A DNA stretch of 63,395 bases, counting the filler, from Fonticula-like sp. SCN 57-25 (Eukaryota), in the NCBI GenBank assembly GCA_001724245.1. It is 2 parts of 2 records of this genome, joined end to end, with 100 filler letters (N's around TTAATTAATTAA, not from the genome) between each part and the next. Parts side by side here need not be neighbours in the genome. Positions count along the whole stretch, not along the records: positions 1 to 31,715 come from MEDX01000044.1; 1 more part is not named here. The stretch is one strand, 5' to 3'. This document shows positions 15,053 through 30,486 of the stretch, in pieces. A program made the translations under genes and the position numbers. A model generated the notes under the pieces. That model worked only from the letters and a program-made list of their open reading frames with translations. It searched no databases and was not told the DNA's origin. Within the stretch, counting starts at the first letter, position 1; each line of letters starts with the position of its first letter.

Positions 15053-16224
15053 CTAAGGGTGAGGAACTTGAGAGTACATGATAGGGAACGATGATTTGAT
15101 GCAGTCCAAAACGTCGCTTGTTGTCATGGATCGCCCCGATCGCCCAAACGCCTTTGAGCTGCTTGCTCGTACGAGCGACGCCGCGGCGAGGGCGGCCATG
15201 ACAGACGCGCCGGGCTGCACGGGCGTCCTGCATTTGCACATTAGCACACGAAAATAGTCAATGCGCGCGCGTACCTCCTGAGCGGGTGGCAGAATGTCCA
15301 CGCGAGGCATGTCGCAATGGCGCCGCTGAGAACATCGCCCTGGCCGCCGCATCGCCGGAGGCCGCCCGAGACTTCGCACACGCGCGCTGCCGCAAAGGTC
15401 AGTCAAATATACAACAACAAACACGGCGTACTCAGCTTGCCGTCTGTGATAATGTCGTTTTGGCCCTTGTGCACGATTGTCACATTCCCAAGGGTGGCCG
15501 ACAGCTTTTCGGTGGCGGCGGTGAGGGCGTCCTGGTCGATGGCGGCATCATCAAAGTCCTTGTGGAGGCGCTCAAATTCGCGCCCGTTTGGCGTGAGGAC
15601 AACACGCTCGGCGTTCTCGCGAATCTCTGCGGCGCATTTTTTTACCAGCAAAAGTCCGTCCTATAGGCGCACGGCGGTTTAGAGATGCAGAAACTAATAG
15701 ATAATCGTACGGCATCGATGACGAGCGGCATCTTGGCTGCGCATGCGGCGCGGATCACCTTTTCCGTCGTGCTCTGCGTCGCCGACGCGCGGCCGAGTCC
15801 CGGTCCGACGACGAGGACGTGAAGGCGCGGCAGCCACTCCTCGACCGCCGCGGCATCGCCTTCGTTCCCGCGGAGGTACGGGTGGACGATCAGGTCGGGC
15901 GAGTAGGACTTGATGACGGATGCCGCCTTGCGCTCGCAAAACACGTGAGAGATGTCCGCGCCGACAAGGTACGCCGACATGGCCGCAAAGTACGGTGCCC
16001 CAGAGTACCTAACACAGAGAAACAGTTAGCGCGAGGAGCATCACGGCGATGACGCACTCCTTACACCCGCCAAGCACGCCGATGCGGCCTGTCATCATGT
16101 TAGCATGGCAGTGTGTTTACTGAAGTGGCGCACCGGCATCGCCCTTGCGCAAACTCTCAGAAAGAGGCGGCGGGAGCAGCGGCTGGCACTCCTCTGGCGC
16201 GTCCGCACCGCTTTCGTCCGACAT
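15053..16224 (-). CDS. NAXD: ATP-dependent NAD(P)HX dehydratase
   Basis: [65 protein letters not shown] motifs. Confidence 0.95.
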
Positions 16225-16330
16225 TGCAAGCGCAAAAGGAGGCGCCCTGCCAACCTTGAGCCCGCCAACAATGCAAGATGACTCGATGCAAACTGCAAAC
16301 CAGTTTTCAGTTTGCGTTGGATTGGCAACA

Positions 16331-18310
16331 ATGAGGCGCGTCGGGGCTGTGCTGCTGCTTGTCGGCGCCCTCGTGCTGAGCGCCGCTGCATCCGAGGACC
16401 AGTACGCGCGTCTATCATGAAGAGTGTGTGCTAATGTGCGGCTCAAGGTTGGCCATTGCGCTGTGGACGCGCAGCGGGTCGCCCGTCACTGTCGAGGATG
16501 ATGGCCGCCTTGTCGTTGCGGGCGGCGAGCAGGCGCTCTACCAGATCATGCACACAACGTCGACCGTCTCCCCTCTCCAGGCATGTGTTCTTTCTTTGCT
16601 GTTTATATGTGTGTGTATTAACAGTGACTCACTAGGCTGCGCGGTCGCTTCTCCTTCAAGGCCCCGCCGTTTCGGTCGATCTTACCGCCGTGACGTATGA
16701 GCAGGAGCTGATCGGCCTCCGCTCGCAGCACTTTCTCCCCGGCGTGCATCTGACTGTCCATCTCCGCAAGCACTTTCCCCGCGACGTCATTCCATCCGTT
16801 GCGTCCAAGCTCTCCGCGCTGCTTCCCGAGCTCGCCGAGCCGCTAAAGGCCGCGCGCTGCGGCGTCGACTGCGAGCCGTGCCTCGACGTCCTCGAGCGCG
16901 ACTTTGCCCAGGCCACCTACGACAACGCCATGTACGCCCTTTTAGATATTGAAAAGACTTTATATTAAATGTGCTTTAAGGCTCTTTTTCTATGCGCCGC
17001 TCTGCCCTGGCGCGGCCATTTCCTCGCCCTTCTCCGACGAAGATCCCGCCATTGTAACCGGCCGTGCACCGACGACCTTCCACACCAAGCTGTCGGTCGC
17101 CGTGGACGAGGCGGACAACCGCCGCTTGGCGCTCAAGATTGTGACGCACGAAAGCGGCCGCCTCGACGCGAGCGGCGCCGCCGTCAAGCCCGAGCAGTTT
17201 GACCACGTGTTTGTCGGCGAGGCGGCCGAGAGCGACGCCGACACCTTCCACTTTACCGACATGCACAGTACGCATATGACTTTGAATAGCGCCAACGCTG
17301 ACTGTGCGCGTGCAGGCCCTGAGGGGGGATTCAAGTCGGCCACCCCGCGTCACGGCGAGGTGTGCGTCGCGCGCGAGGTCGAAGGCACTGGCATGCACCG
17401 CACGCTGCGCACCCAAGTTCGCATCAGCGAAAAGATGGCGGCCACGTGTACAGGGTACGATTTATTATTATTTTCTTATGAGAGGCTCATGTGTATGTTT
17501 GAGTATGTCTTTGTGTGTGTTTTGCGACTTTTACGACATATTTTCTACCCTTTTTGTGACACTTTCTGTACCAATTTTTCTTCATTTCTCCCCCTTTTCA
17601 TTCACTTTTAACACTTTTCGCTTCAGTCTGAGCGTCACTGTATCCGACATTCTCCTTCGCGACTCCTTTGTCGACCCGTACCAACTCCGCGACCAGCGCC
17701 CCTTCCTTCTCCTCTCCGGCAACGACCACGGCATGCTCAACATTTCCCTCCGCGGCCTCGTCGAGCTCGAAGCCCCGGCCTCGCGCGGCGCCCAATCACT
17801 GCTCGCCGCCACCGCCGCCGCCAGCAGCACGCACCGCTCGCTCGACATGGCCATCCCGATCCACTTCCGGTACCCTTTGCCGGGCGCCGCATTCACCGAA
17901 GTCCCGCTCATGCCGCCGTCGCTTTCCATCATGTGCCCAGGCTGGTCAGGTGCGCCAAAAGTCATATTTTATATATGATTTTGTGCTAATGAACTTGATT
18001 GGTTGATAGCGCCGCTGCCTGTTGCGTATATGCCGTGCGACGCGGTCGGCCCAGAAGTGACGTTTGATATCCTGCCGACGACCGTGCTGCAGTGTACGCT
18101 TTACTATTCTTATTTGTGGCGCTAACAATTTGTGGCCACGTAGCGTATGGTGCGCTGTCGATGGTTGTGCGTGTGCCGGCGGGCGATCCGGAGCTGTCGA
18201 CCATTACGACGATTGTGACGCTGGGTGTCACGTTCTTTGGGGCGGTTTATCTGGCGGAGAAGGTGTACCAGCACGCGCAGAGGGGCGAAGTGGAGCGCAA
18301 GCGCAAGTGA
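16331..18310 (+). CDS. PIGX: PIG-X/Pbn1-like GPI mannosyltransferase I subunit
   Basis: Signal peptide; GMHRTL, FVDPYQL, ELEAPA, PIHFRYP, RVPAGD motifs followed by one C-terminal TM helix. Confidence 0.75.
16581..16635 (+). other. Probable non-canonical GC-AG intron
   Basis: CAG|GCATGT...CACTAG|GCT keeps the PIG-X frame; the nearest GT donor with either nearby AG gives a frameshift or stop. Confidence 0.6.
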
Positions 18311-18552
18311 TTGTACGAATGTAATATAGACGAGATAGTAAGGAAATAAAGCAGAATCTAAAGGACTCAAAGGGACAAACGTATAATATCGTGAGTATGA
18401 TTTTGTTATCAAAAAGGTGTAATTTGGTCAAGAAAGGCATCAAAAATCTACCTAAATTGCACCAAAATGACGCTAAACTGCAATTTTAATACCCAAAAAT
18501 AGACAAATGAAGTGTATTGAAATGTACAGATGCACGAAAGCTATACAGATAA

Positions 18553-22991
<4,439 letters not shown>

Positions 22992-23300
22992 AGTAAGAAT
23001 GAGATAAGGTGTAGGATAGCCAGTGTAATTTTTATCAGTATCGAGATCTTGTAGTTGTACGCGAATTGGGCCGTTTGTAGTATTGTCAATGTACTTCATA
23101 TCAGTGAAGGGAATTATCCTTTGGTCATATTCACACGCATCTCCGTTTGGATATAGCATTGTTCTTATATCAACAGGAAACAAGAATTTCCGGCATATAA
23201 ATATCCCCACCTGGCTCAGTATCAATATTCTTATGGTACGGATAGTGTATTAGACATGCAGTAATATAGGCATATCAAAGGGGATTGCAGGGAATGACGA
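22992..23300 (-). pseudogene. AT-rich relic coding fragment of possible foreign (viral) origin
   Basis: Abrupt drop in GC; minus frame open from 23249 into the preceding gene; A/T-ending codons unlike host genes. Confidence 0.35.
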
Positions 23301-23367
23301 TGCACTGTACAGCGAGCAACAAGTAACAAAATCGGATGCGCTAATGCGTGGCGTGAGCGCGCATAGT

Positions 23368-24100
23368 CTAGTGGGAGTGCGCCATGAATGAAAGGAAGGC
23401 GTTCCAGAAGACGTTGACGACGTTCACCACGAGCGGCTGCAGCGGGACGGGCACCAGGCTAAAGTTGAAGAATTGGACGAGCGGCCATACAGCGCAGTCC
23501 GCCAAAAACGTCGGCACAAATACCTCCCTAAAATAGGCGTTAGCTTATGAACAACTACCGTGGGCGAGCGGCCGCGATCGAGACGTACTTGATCTGCTCG
23601 GTGCACTGCCCGATATCCTTGCCCGACATGACGCCCGTGCCATAGTAAAAGATGCAGAGGTAGGCGGGCGAAAAGATAAACTGGTCCGCAAAGACCTTGG
23701 AGAACAAGTACGTATTCTTGGCAAACTCCTGTGGCTTTGGTGGCTTGATGTCGGGGAGGGCGATGCCAAACTTGCCGGCTCGCCGAGCGAGACTGCGCAG
23801 CTCGACCTTTTGGCGGTACCTGCGCGCGCGCATCATCATCGACGGGAGGTGGTTCAAATTGTTGAACCAAATGTGGTAAAGCGGGCCGGCCACGAGAAAG
23901 CCGTACGTGCAGAACACGCCAACGCGCCTCCAGTCGAGCGGCTTATTGCGCGTGTCGGGGGCCAAGCACTGTGCCAAAATGTCGCCGCCACCATACATGC
24001 ATGCGCTCGTCAGCGACTTTGTAAAGACGGGCTGCCTATCCAGCATCGTCATATACAAGCGCGCGACGCGCTCAAACGGCTTCCGTATCAACGACGCCAT
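23368..24100 (-). CDS. Mpv17/PMP22 family membrane protein (2 exons)
   Basis: PVFTKSLTSACMYGGGDILAQ, DWRRVGVF, GPLYHIWF, KVFADQFIFSP, VWPLVQFFNFSLVP...VNVFWNAFLS. Confidence 0.93.
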
Positions 24101-24342
24101 TTGCCGCTAGATCAATCGGCTGTAAGTCGGCTCGGCGCTCGGCGGCACTTTGCGGAGTCGAACTCCCACGGCCAAAGAAGACACGCGGATCCAAAGTGAA
24201 CATGGGCCAATATGGCAGTCGTCGATTGCTACTGTCAGCGTTTGTCGCGGAGTGCATCTGGAGTGCATCAGGCGTGCATGGCGGCATCTATTATTGAGAA
24301 AATTGGCGAATTTACAGCGGTGGTACAACAAAACATGAACGT

Positions 24343-25692
24343 TTAGAGCGAAAGCTTCTTTGCGAGAGAGACAACGTGGCTGCGCAGCGACGCAAAGCGC
24401 TCCGGGTGGTGCACTCTGATGTAGTGATCCCTGAGGTACGCCTCGTTCTGCATCTCGGTGAGGCGCGAGATCGTCCTGTCGAGGGCAAAGTGCTCCTCCT
24501 CGCCCGTGAATGAGCCGTCGGCGGCGAGCGGCGGCTTGGCGTAGATGTTGCCTAGTGGGACGTCGGCGCCAATGTAGAGCTTTGTGTGGTTCTCGTATAG
24601 GACATCGACGAGCGTAATGAACCTGCGCATCTCATCGCGGCGGTCGATCGAGAGCTGCGGCACGTCCGCGATGTAGATGGTGTGGTACGCCTTGGCGATC
24701 GCGAGGTAGTCTGACGCGCCGTGCGCGTGCCTGCAGAGGTCGTCAAAAGTGAACCACGCGTGCTGTTCGGCGCTGCGCGGCACGACAATCTCGCGGTTCT
24801 CGATCAGGTCGGGCCGCGCGTCCGTCTCGACCTTGAGGTTTGACGTGTTCTCCGAAAACACCTGCTCGAGCTCCTTGGCCGCGTCGGGTCCCGCAAAGTA
24901 GACAATGTGTGCGTGCTTGTGAAGGCCGAGAAGGCGGTAGTCGGTGCCGGAATCGAGGTTGTAGACGGTGCAGCGCGCCTGAAGAAGCGCGATGAAGGGA
25001 AGGAAGAGGGGGCGGTTCAGGCCGTTCTTGTAGAGGTCGTGCGGCGGGCGGTTCGACGTAAACACGACCCACACGCCAGCGTCAAAGAGCGTGCTAAAGA
25101 GGTGCTTGAGGATCATGGCATCGGCCACGTCGGTCACCTGGAACTCGTCAAAGCAGAGCAGCCGCGCCTGCGACGCGTACTGCTGCGCGACAATCGGCAA
25201 AGGATCGACCGCGGGGCCCTGCGTCTTGCGCAGCGCGTGAAGACGCTCGTGCACGTCCAGCATGAATGAGTGAAAGTGGACGCGCAGCCGAGGAAGATCC
25301 GACGGCTGGCTCTCGTACAACAGGTCCATAAGCTTGGTCTTGCCGATTCCGACGCCGCCAAACATGTACACGCCGCCCGCCTGCGATCCCGAAAGGCCGC
25401 CAAACAGGCGCGAAATAAAGCCGCCGCCCGAAGACGGCGCGGAAGAAAGCTGCGTATGCATTTTGTTGTGGAACTCTTGCAGCATGTGCACAGCCTTGCG
25501 CTGGTGCGGATCCTCGCGCAGCTTGCCCTCCTGGACCAGCGCCGAGTACGCGGGCTCCGGCCCCAGTTGTGTCGCGCTCGAGGCAAGTGCGCGGTTCCAC
25601 GTCCGCGTGCGCGAAAGCGTCAACAGGGCGCGGTCCAGCCCCGCCCGCAGCACGCCGCCATGCCAATGTCGCAACCCGGCCTGCATCATCAT
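24343..25692 (-). CDS. AFG1: AFG1/LACE1 (ZapE-family) mitochondrial ATPase, intronless
   Basis: GVYMFGGVGIGKTKLMD, RVHFHSFM, LLCFDEFQVTDVADAMIL, TSNRPPHDLYKNGLNR, RRFITLVDVLY. Confidence 0.96.
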   Translation of the reverse strand: MMMQAGLRHWHGGVLRAGLDRALLTLSRTRTWNRALASSATQLGPEPAYSALVQEGKLREDPHQRKAVHMLQEFHNKMHTQLSSAPSSGGGFISRLFGGLSGSQAGGVYMFGGVGIGKTKLMDLLYESQPSDLPRLRVHFHSFMLDVHERLHALRKTQGPAVDPLPIVAQQYASQARLLCFDEFQVTDVADAMILKHLFSTLFDAGVWVVFTSNRPPHDLYKNGLNRPLFLPFIALLQARCTVYNLDSGTDYRLLGLHKHAHIVYFAGPDAAKELEQVFSENTSNLKVETDARPDLIENREIVVPRSAEQHAWFTFDDLCRHAHGASDYLAIAKAYHTIYIADVPQLSIDRRDEMRRFITLVDVLYENHTKLYIGADVPLGNIYAKPPLAADGSFTGEEEHFALDRTISRLTEMQNEAYLRDHYIRVHHPERFASLRSHVVSLAKKLSL

Positions 25693-25898
25693 CGCCGCGC
25701 GGCAACCCGATGTCAGGGGCAGATTTTATATGATGAGAAGGCCAGACTCGTCAGCAAAACAGGAGATGATGCAGATGCGACACAAAAGCAGTGCAGTGTA
25801 CATAGAGGCGCCATGCGAGAACCACAGGCTAGACAGCATTGTACATTAAAATTGGTTTATATTGATACAGGGGGTAGCAGGGCAACAGAAAAGTGATT

Positions 25899-27143
25899 TT
25901 AGGCCATAGGAAGGTGGTCTACATGGCTGGCGAGCGCAAAGCCCGGCGGGACCAGCTCGTGGCGCCGCATGTACATGTCCTTGTACGCGCTCCGGATAGT
26001 CGACTCGACGAGACCGACGACGAGGGCAATGTCTGTGCAAAGTGCGGTGAGCAACACGCTGGCCGAGCGTATGATCGCGCACCTCGGAGCGACTTTGGCG
26101 TGTCGGACAGGTTCGAGATAAAGTAGATGGCGGCGCCAATGATGGTCGCCGGCTGCTTTCTGTAGACACATGCGTTAGCCTTTCATTCTAGTTTATAATG
26201 GAATGGGCGCACCCCTGCGCGAGTCCGAGCTTTTCGCACTGTGCGATGACATGGCGGGCGGCAGCGACGATGCGCACGTGAAGGTGCAGCTCGTGGCAGT
26301 AGCGCGGCAGGAACGTGTCGTTGCTCGGTGCGGCCAGCTTGAGGTCGGGCGCAAGCGTCTTTAGCTTTTTGATGCAGCGCGTGATCTCTTTGAAATCGGC
26401 GCCAGTGATGGTGGCGATCTCCTTGATCGTGCGCGGCGTCTTGTGCATGCGGCACGCCAGAAAGACGCACGCGGCGACGATGCTGAGTGTCGACCGGCCG
26501 CGCATGCTCGGCGCATACTTGCGGAACAGCGACTGTGCAGTGTCGCGGTAGACATCGGGGTACTGAAAGTGCATCATCGTGTTCTTGATGTCCTTGAAGG
26601 CCGCGAGCGTCGTGCGCTGACTCGCTGTCATCTGGCATCGATGTCAGCATCAATGAAAAACAAGAAAAAACGCACATTATTCTTATTGTGTGTACGTCCA
26701 AGTTCCTTGGAAAGACCGCTGCCGCCGTCCTGGCGGCCGATGCTGATCTCGTTCGCCGAAAGACCCTCCATCAAAATGTCCTGCGGGCGACCAACACGGC
26801 TCGGGTCATCGCCAGAGCCGCCGTCACTATTTCTGTGGAATACATTAAAAACCGTGGCCAAAACTGTGCCAAACGGCAAAAGACGCACGCAAAGTTACGC
26901 CATTCCGAACGCGAGTCGATAATGGGCTCGGCCACCGTGCCGCATTGCGAGCAGACCATGTCGCCCGACACCATATCGCTAATCAACTGAAGTAACACGC
27001 ATCAGCCTCTCTGCCACACACAAAAACAAAGCCACGCTGGCACCTACTTGGGTACTGTTGCAGTTCAAGTTCTTGCACCGAACCTCCCTCTGCATGTTGC
27101 GCTCATCGTACCCTTCGCCCACGAACGGCTTGGCGTTCATCAT
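25899..27143 (-). CDS. GTF2B: Transcription initiation factor IIB
   Basis: Zn ribbon (CKNLNC...GDMVCSQCG), B-reader IDSRSEWRNFA, DPSRVG, two cyclin repeats (ACRMHKTPRTIKEI; STIRSAYK). Confidence 0.95.
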
Positions 27144-27208
27144 CCTTGCAGACGTTGGCAGACGAGGATGACGAAAGACAAACGCTGACTGCGCAAACAG
27201 TGGGATCC

Positions 27209-27216
27209 CTTTTATA
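27209..27216 (-). promoter_or_regulatory. TATA box upstream of TFIIB
   Basis: TATAAAAG on the minus strand about 65 nt upstream of the ATG in a GC-rich context. Confidence 0.6.
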
Positions 27217-27274
27217 CGCCATCGGGCGAGGTCGCGGATTGTGGGACGCACTCTGACCATAACTTGTGCCCGCC

Positions 27275-28322
27275 ATGTCGACGGACGGTTCGCCATCCTC
27301 GTCAAAGCCCGCCGGCTCGTCGCCCAAGCCGTTCAACCCGGTGCTTGATACGAGCGGCGCCAAGCGCGACTTTTGGCTCGTAAAGGTGCCCGACTTTGTC
27401 TATGAAAAGTGGACAAAGGTACAGCACAAGTCGACCGTCGGCGCGGTCCGGTTCCACCAGTCGTGCGTCATGCTGGCTTGATCCCCTCGCACGCGCGCTA
27501 ACCGCTCTGCAAAGCGCTCCGGGAAAGCTTCCGACGATTGAGGTGACGCTAAACAGAGACCCCGAGGATGAACTTTTGCCGGCGCCGCCGCCGCGCGAGT
27601 TCAAAATGCGCACCAAGATGGACGCGACGCAAACGCACCACATCCTCGCCGAGTCGGATGGTGCGCGTTGTTACACTAGCTGAAGCTGGCGCTAACGCTC
27701 TCGCCACAGAGGGGAACGCACTCTATGGCCTCGTGCAGTACAAGTGCGATCTTTTGCCTGTCGTGAACAGCGAAGTACGCGTCATTGAAAAACGGCCCAG
27801 GGGATGCTGATGCCTCCCTCAGTTCTTAGAATACTCAAAGATGCGGACGGCCGAGGTGACCGACTACAAGCAGACTGTTCTTCACCAGGACGACAAGAAC
27901 AAGCTGCGCGTCGGCTTTGTTGCGCCGCAGAAGACGACCCACTTTCGCGTACGTTTCCTCGATTATTCTCGCGCAACGGCCGCTGACGCCGCATCGTTGC
28001 ACACCTACAGGAAAAGACCAAGAAGGCGTCGCTTGAGGCGCTTCAGGCCCGCACAGAGCGCATGCCCGAGAGCGAGCTTATGGACCTTTTGTTTGACGCG
28101 TTTGAAAAGTACGCGCACTGGAACCTGCGCGGCCTGGTGCAGTACACGCATCAGCCGCAGACGTACGTCCGCGAAGTGCTGGCCAAGCTGTGCGACTACT
28201 CGCAGTCGGGGCCGTTCAAGTCTCTTTACCACCTCAAGAGCGAGTACCGCGTAAATGACCGGTTCAGCAAGGCCGAGCCGGCCGCGCCGGCCGAGGAGCC
28301 CATGCCGCTCGGCAAGCGCTAA
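27275..28322 (+). CDS. GTF2F2: Transcription initiation factor IIF beta subunit (RAP30)
   Basis: LDTSGAKRDFWLVKVPDFVYEKW; winged helix ERMPESELMDLLFDAFEKYAHWNLRGLVQYTHQPQTYVREVL...YHLKSEY. Confidence 0.94.
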
Positions 28323-28535
28323 CGACAATGTGCAGCGCCTTTTTCGTTTAATTGTGTGAAATTGTACTGATTATGACAGAAAATAAGCAAGAGTGAATAT
28401 ACATTATAATGTAAGATGCAGGATAATTATTTTCAAATACGCACAAAAGTGCTGCAGCGACCGAACAGCTCGGTAATACTCACACGACACGCAGGAAATG
28501 TACACAAAATTGCCACAGAAAGGCAGCTAAAAAGG

Positions 28536-29066
28536 CTACAGCATCTTAAACCGCTTCGCCTGGTCATACGCCTTGCGCATGTTCTCACACGGCTCGGTAA
28601 TGCTGATCGCGCCGCGGCGGCGGAACACGATCTGCGGCACGAGCTCATAGTTCTCCACCTCGAGCGCCTCGCTCGCCCGCCGCTTCTCAACGCGGTGGCT
28701 CATAATCGGCGACGGTTCCCGTCTGTACAGCTCGTCCGAAGCGGACGCGGCCAGCGCGGTCTCGTCCTCGTTCGTGTGAAAGTGTGTCAGGCGCGCGCGC
28801 ACAATCGTCAGAAGAATGTCCTCATCCGACACAAAGCGTGACAACGGCTCGGCACTGCGTCAGCGTTAGCATCCACGGAATTAACAGGCAAGCTAAGCTG
28901 CGTACCGAGGGGACCCCGGCTCGCTGTTGCATCTCGAAAGCGCCGGCGAAGACGTCCCCGAGAGCACGAGGTTCAATCCCGAACCACACTTGCGGATGCG
29001 ACCGAGACCGTCGCTGGTGCGCCGGGTAAGGTCACCGTCGGCACGTTGCGACGCCGTAGCCATCAT
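28536..29066 (-). CDS. Orphan protein of about 159 aa with PKA substrate and pseudosubstrate motifs (2 exons)
   Basis: GTACGC...GCTGACGCAG intron (28855-28905) joins two frames in phase; host-like codon usage; contains RRTS, KRRASE and RRRGAISI. Confidence 0.65.
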
Positions 29067-29796
29067 TAAAGTCGAGCTTGTGTCCTTGCGTAGGACCACC
29101 GACGATGGACGAATGCGAGGCCGAGGCGAGCTACTACTACCCGCGGAGGCCGACGACGACGCCACGCTGGCTGATGAGGTAATCAGAAATAGGCGGGAAA
29201 CCAGTTGACGATCCCCTCTCGGTACAAGAACGCTCACCAAAGAGCCTCTAACACTCTACTTTCACCCTGTCTTGGACGCAGGGAAAAGGCGACCACGAGG
29301 AAACTCGAAAAAAAAAGGAGGCGCACAAGGCTCAAAAAGCCGTCGGATCAACAAAAGCGTGCAATGACGACAGGCGGGTAAATAACGCGCCAAAGTTGTT
29401 TTTGCCACGAGGCGAGTTCGCCACCAACGGCCACGTGGGCAAAAATGTTCAACTTCCGGCGTCTGATTGGTCGGCGTGCGACCTTGTTAGCTCCCATTGG
29501 CCAAATCGGGAAACGTCCGAGTGGCCGGAATTGGAAACATGCGAGAAATCAGTTGAGCGCCAAGTTGCGCCGAGCCCCTATTGCAACGAGATCAAGCAGA
29601 GATGGGTGGGCTGTCCCCGTCGGAGCCGCGGCAGGGCCCACTAGAGGGCATGGGTAGCATGTTTGTCCAAAGGAAATGCGAGCTCGGTCGGGCGCTCAAG
29701 GCCGGCGCGCTCGCTCCTTTTGCTGACCAAAGTGCGGGGAAACCGGAGTTCATGTTTTGTCGTCTCGGCGATTTTCTCCATTGGCATTCGATCATC

Positions 29797-29873
29797 TGTC
29801 AACCAAGGCCATGTGGATGTGTCAACAAGGGCCACGTGGATGAATGCCTTTCTCAATCATGGCCACGTGGATG
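29797..29873 (+). repeat. Three copies of a 23-nt unit containing GGCCA[C/T]GTGGATG, directly upstream of CENP-S
   Basis: TGTCAACCAAGGCCATGTGGATG (29797), TGTCAACAAGGGCCACGTGGATG (29820), TCTCAATCATGGCCACGTGGATG (29851). Confidence 0.85.
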
Positions 29874-29881
29874 TTTACAGA

Positions 29882-30373
29882 ATGGGCGGGGACGGTGTCG
29901 CCGCGGCGCTGCGGGAGGCGCGCGAGCAGGATGAGGCGACGGCGCAGCGGTTAAAGGCGACGCTGCACGTCGCAATAGGCGCGATTTGCGAGGAGCGCGC
30001 AAAGGCGGCGGGGGCGCAGGTGTCGAAGCGGTTCATCGCCGCGCTGACCGAGACGGTGTTTGTGCAGGCGGAGCGGCTGGGGGTCGATCTCGAGAGCTTT
30101 GCCAAGTGCGCGGAAAGAGTAAGATGAATATGCGGTAAGCTGACCCTGCGTTTTGTTGATGTAGACATGGCAAGAGAAGTGTTGTGAATGTGGACGACGT
30201 GAAGCTGTGCACGCGACACAACAAGGTCGTGGTGCGTAGGATCGCCATGCGAGTGGCGCCACTAACGCGCCATCTAGACCGACATGCTGCAGGATTACCT
30301 GGACAGCCTTCCCGCTGCGCCTGCTGCCAAAAAGGCCAAGCGCGGGGCAGACGCTCTTGCCGACGATGAGTGA
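29882..30373 (+). CDS. CENPS: Centromere protein S / MHF1 histone-fold protein (3 exons)
   Basis: QRLKATLHVAIGAICEE...VSKRFIAALTE...DLESFAKHGKRSVVNVDDVKLCTRHN. Confidence 0.93.
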
Positions 30374-30486
30374 TTGCGTGCTTTTAGTGTACTTTATGAT
30401 GCTAGTGTTGCCTTTCGTGTACAATACCCTGTTTTTTGTGTAAAAACCAGTCTGATATGCATACAAATGATATTACTGAGTGACGA

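Noticed and set aside
25725..25800. ATGATGA box C-like motif upstream of AFG1
   Set aside because: No downstream CTGA box D or terminal stem, so a snoRNA is unsupported.
28968..28985. GGTTCAATCCC resembling a tRNA T-loop or Pol III B box
   Set aside because: No T-stem pairing or cloverleaf, and it lies inside a coding exon.
29797..29873. CRISPR-like appearance of the 23-nt repeats
   Set aside because: Only three copies, spacers of 0 and 8 nt, eukaryotic context and no cas genes.
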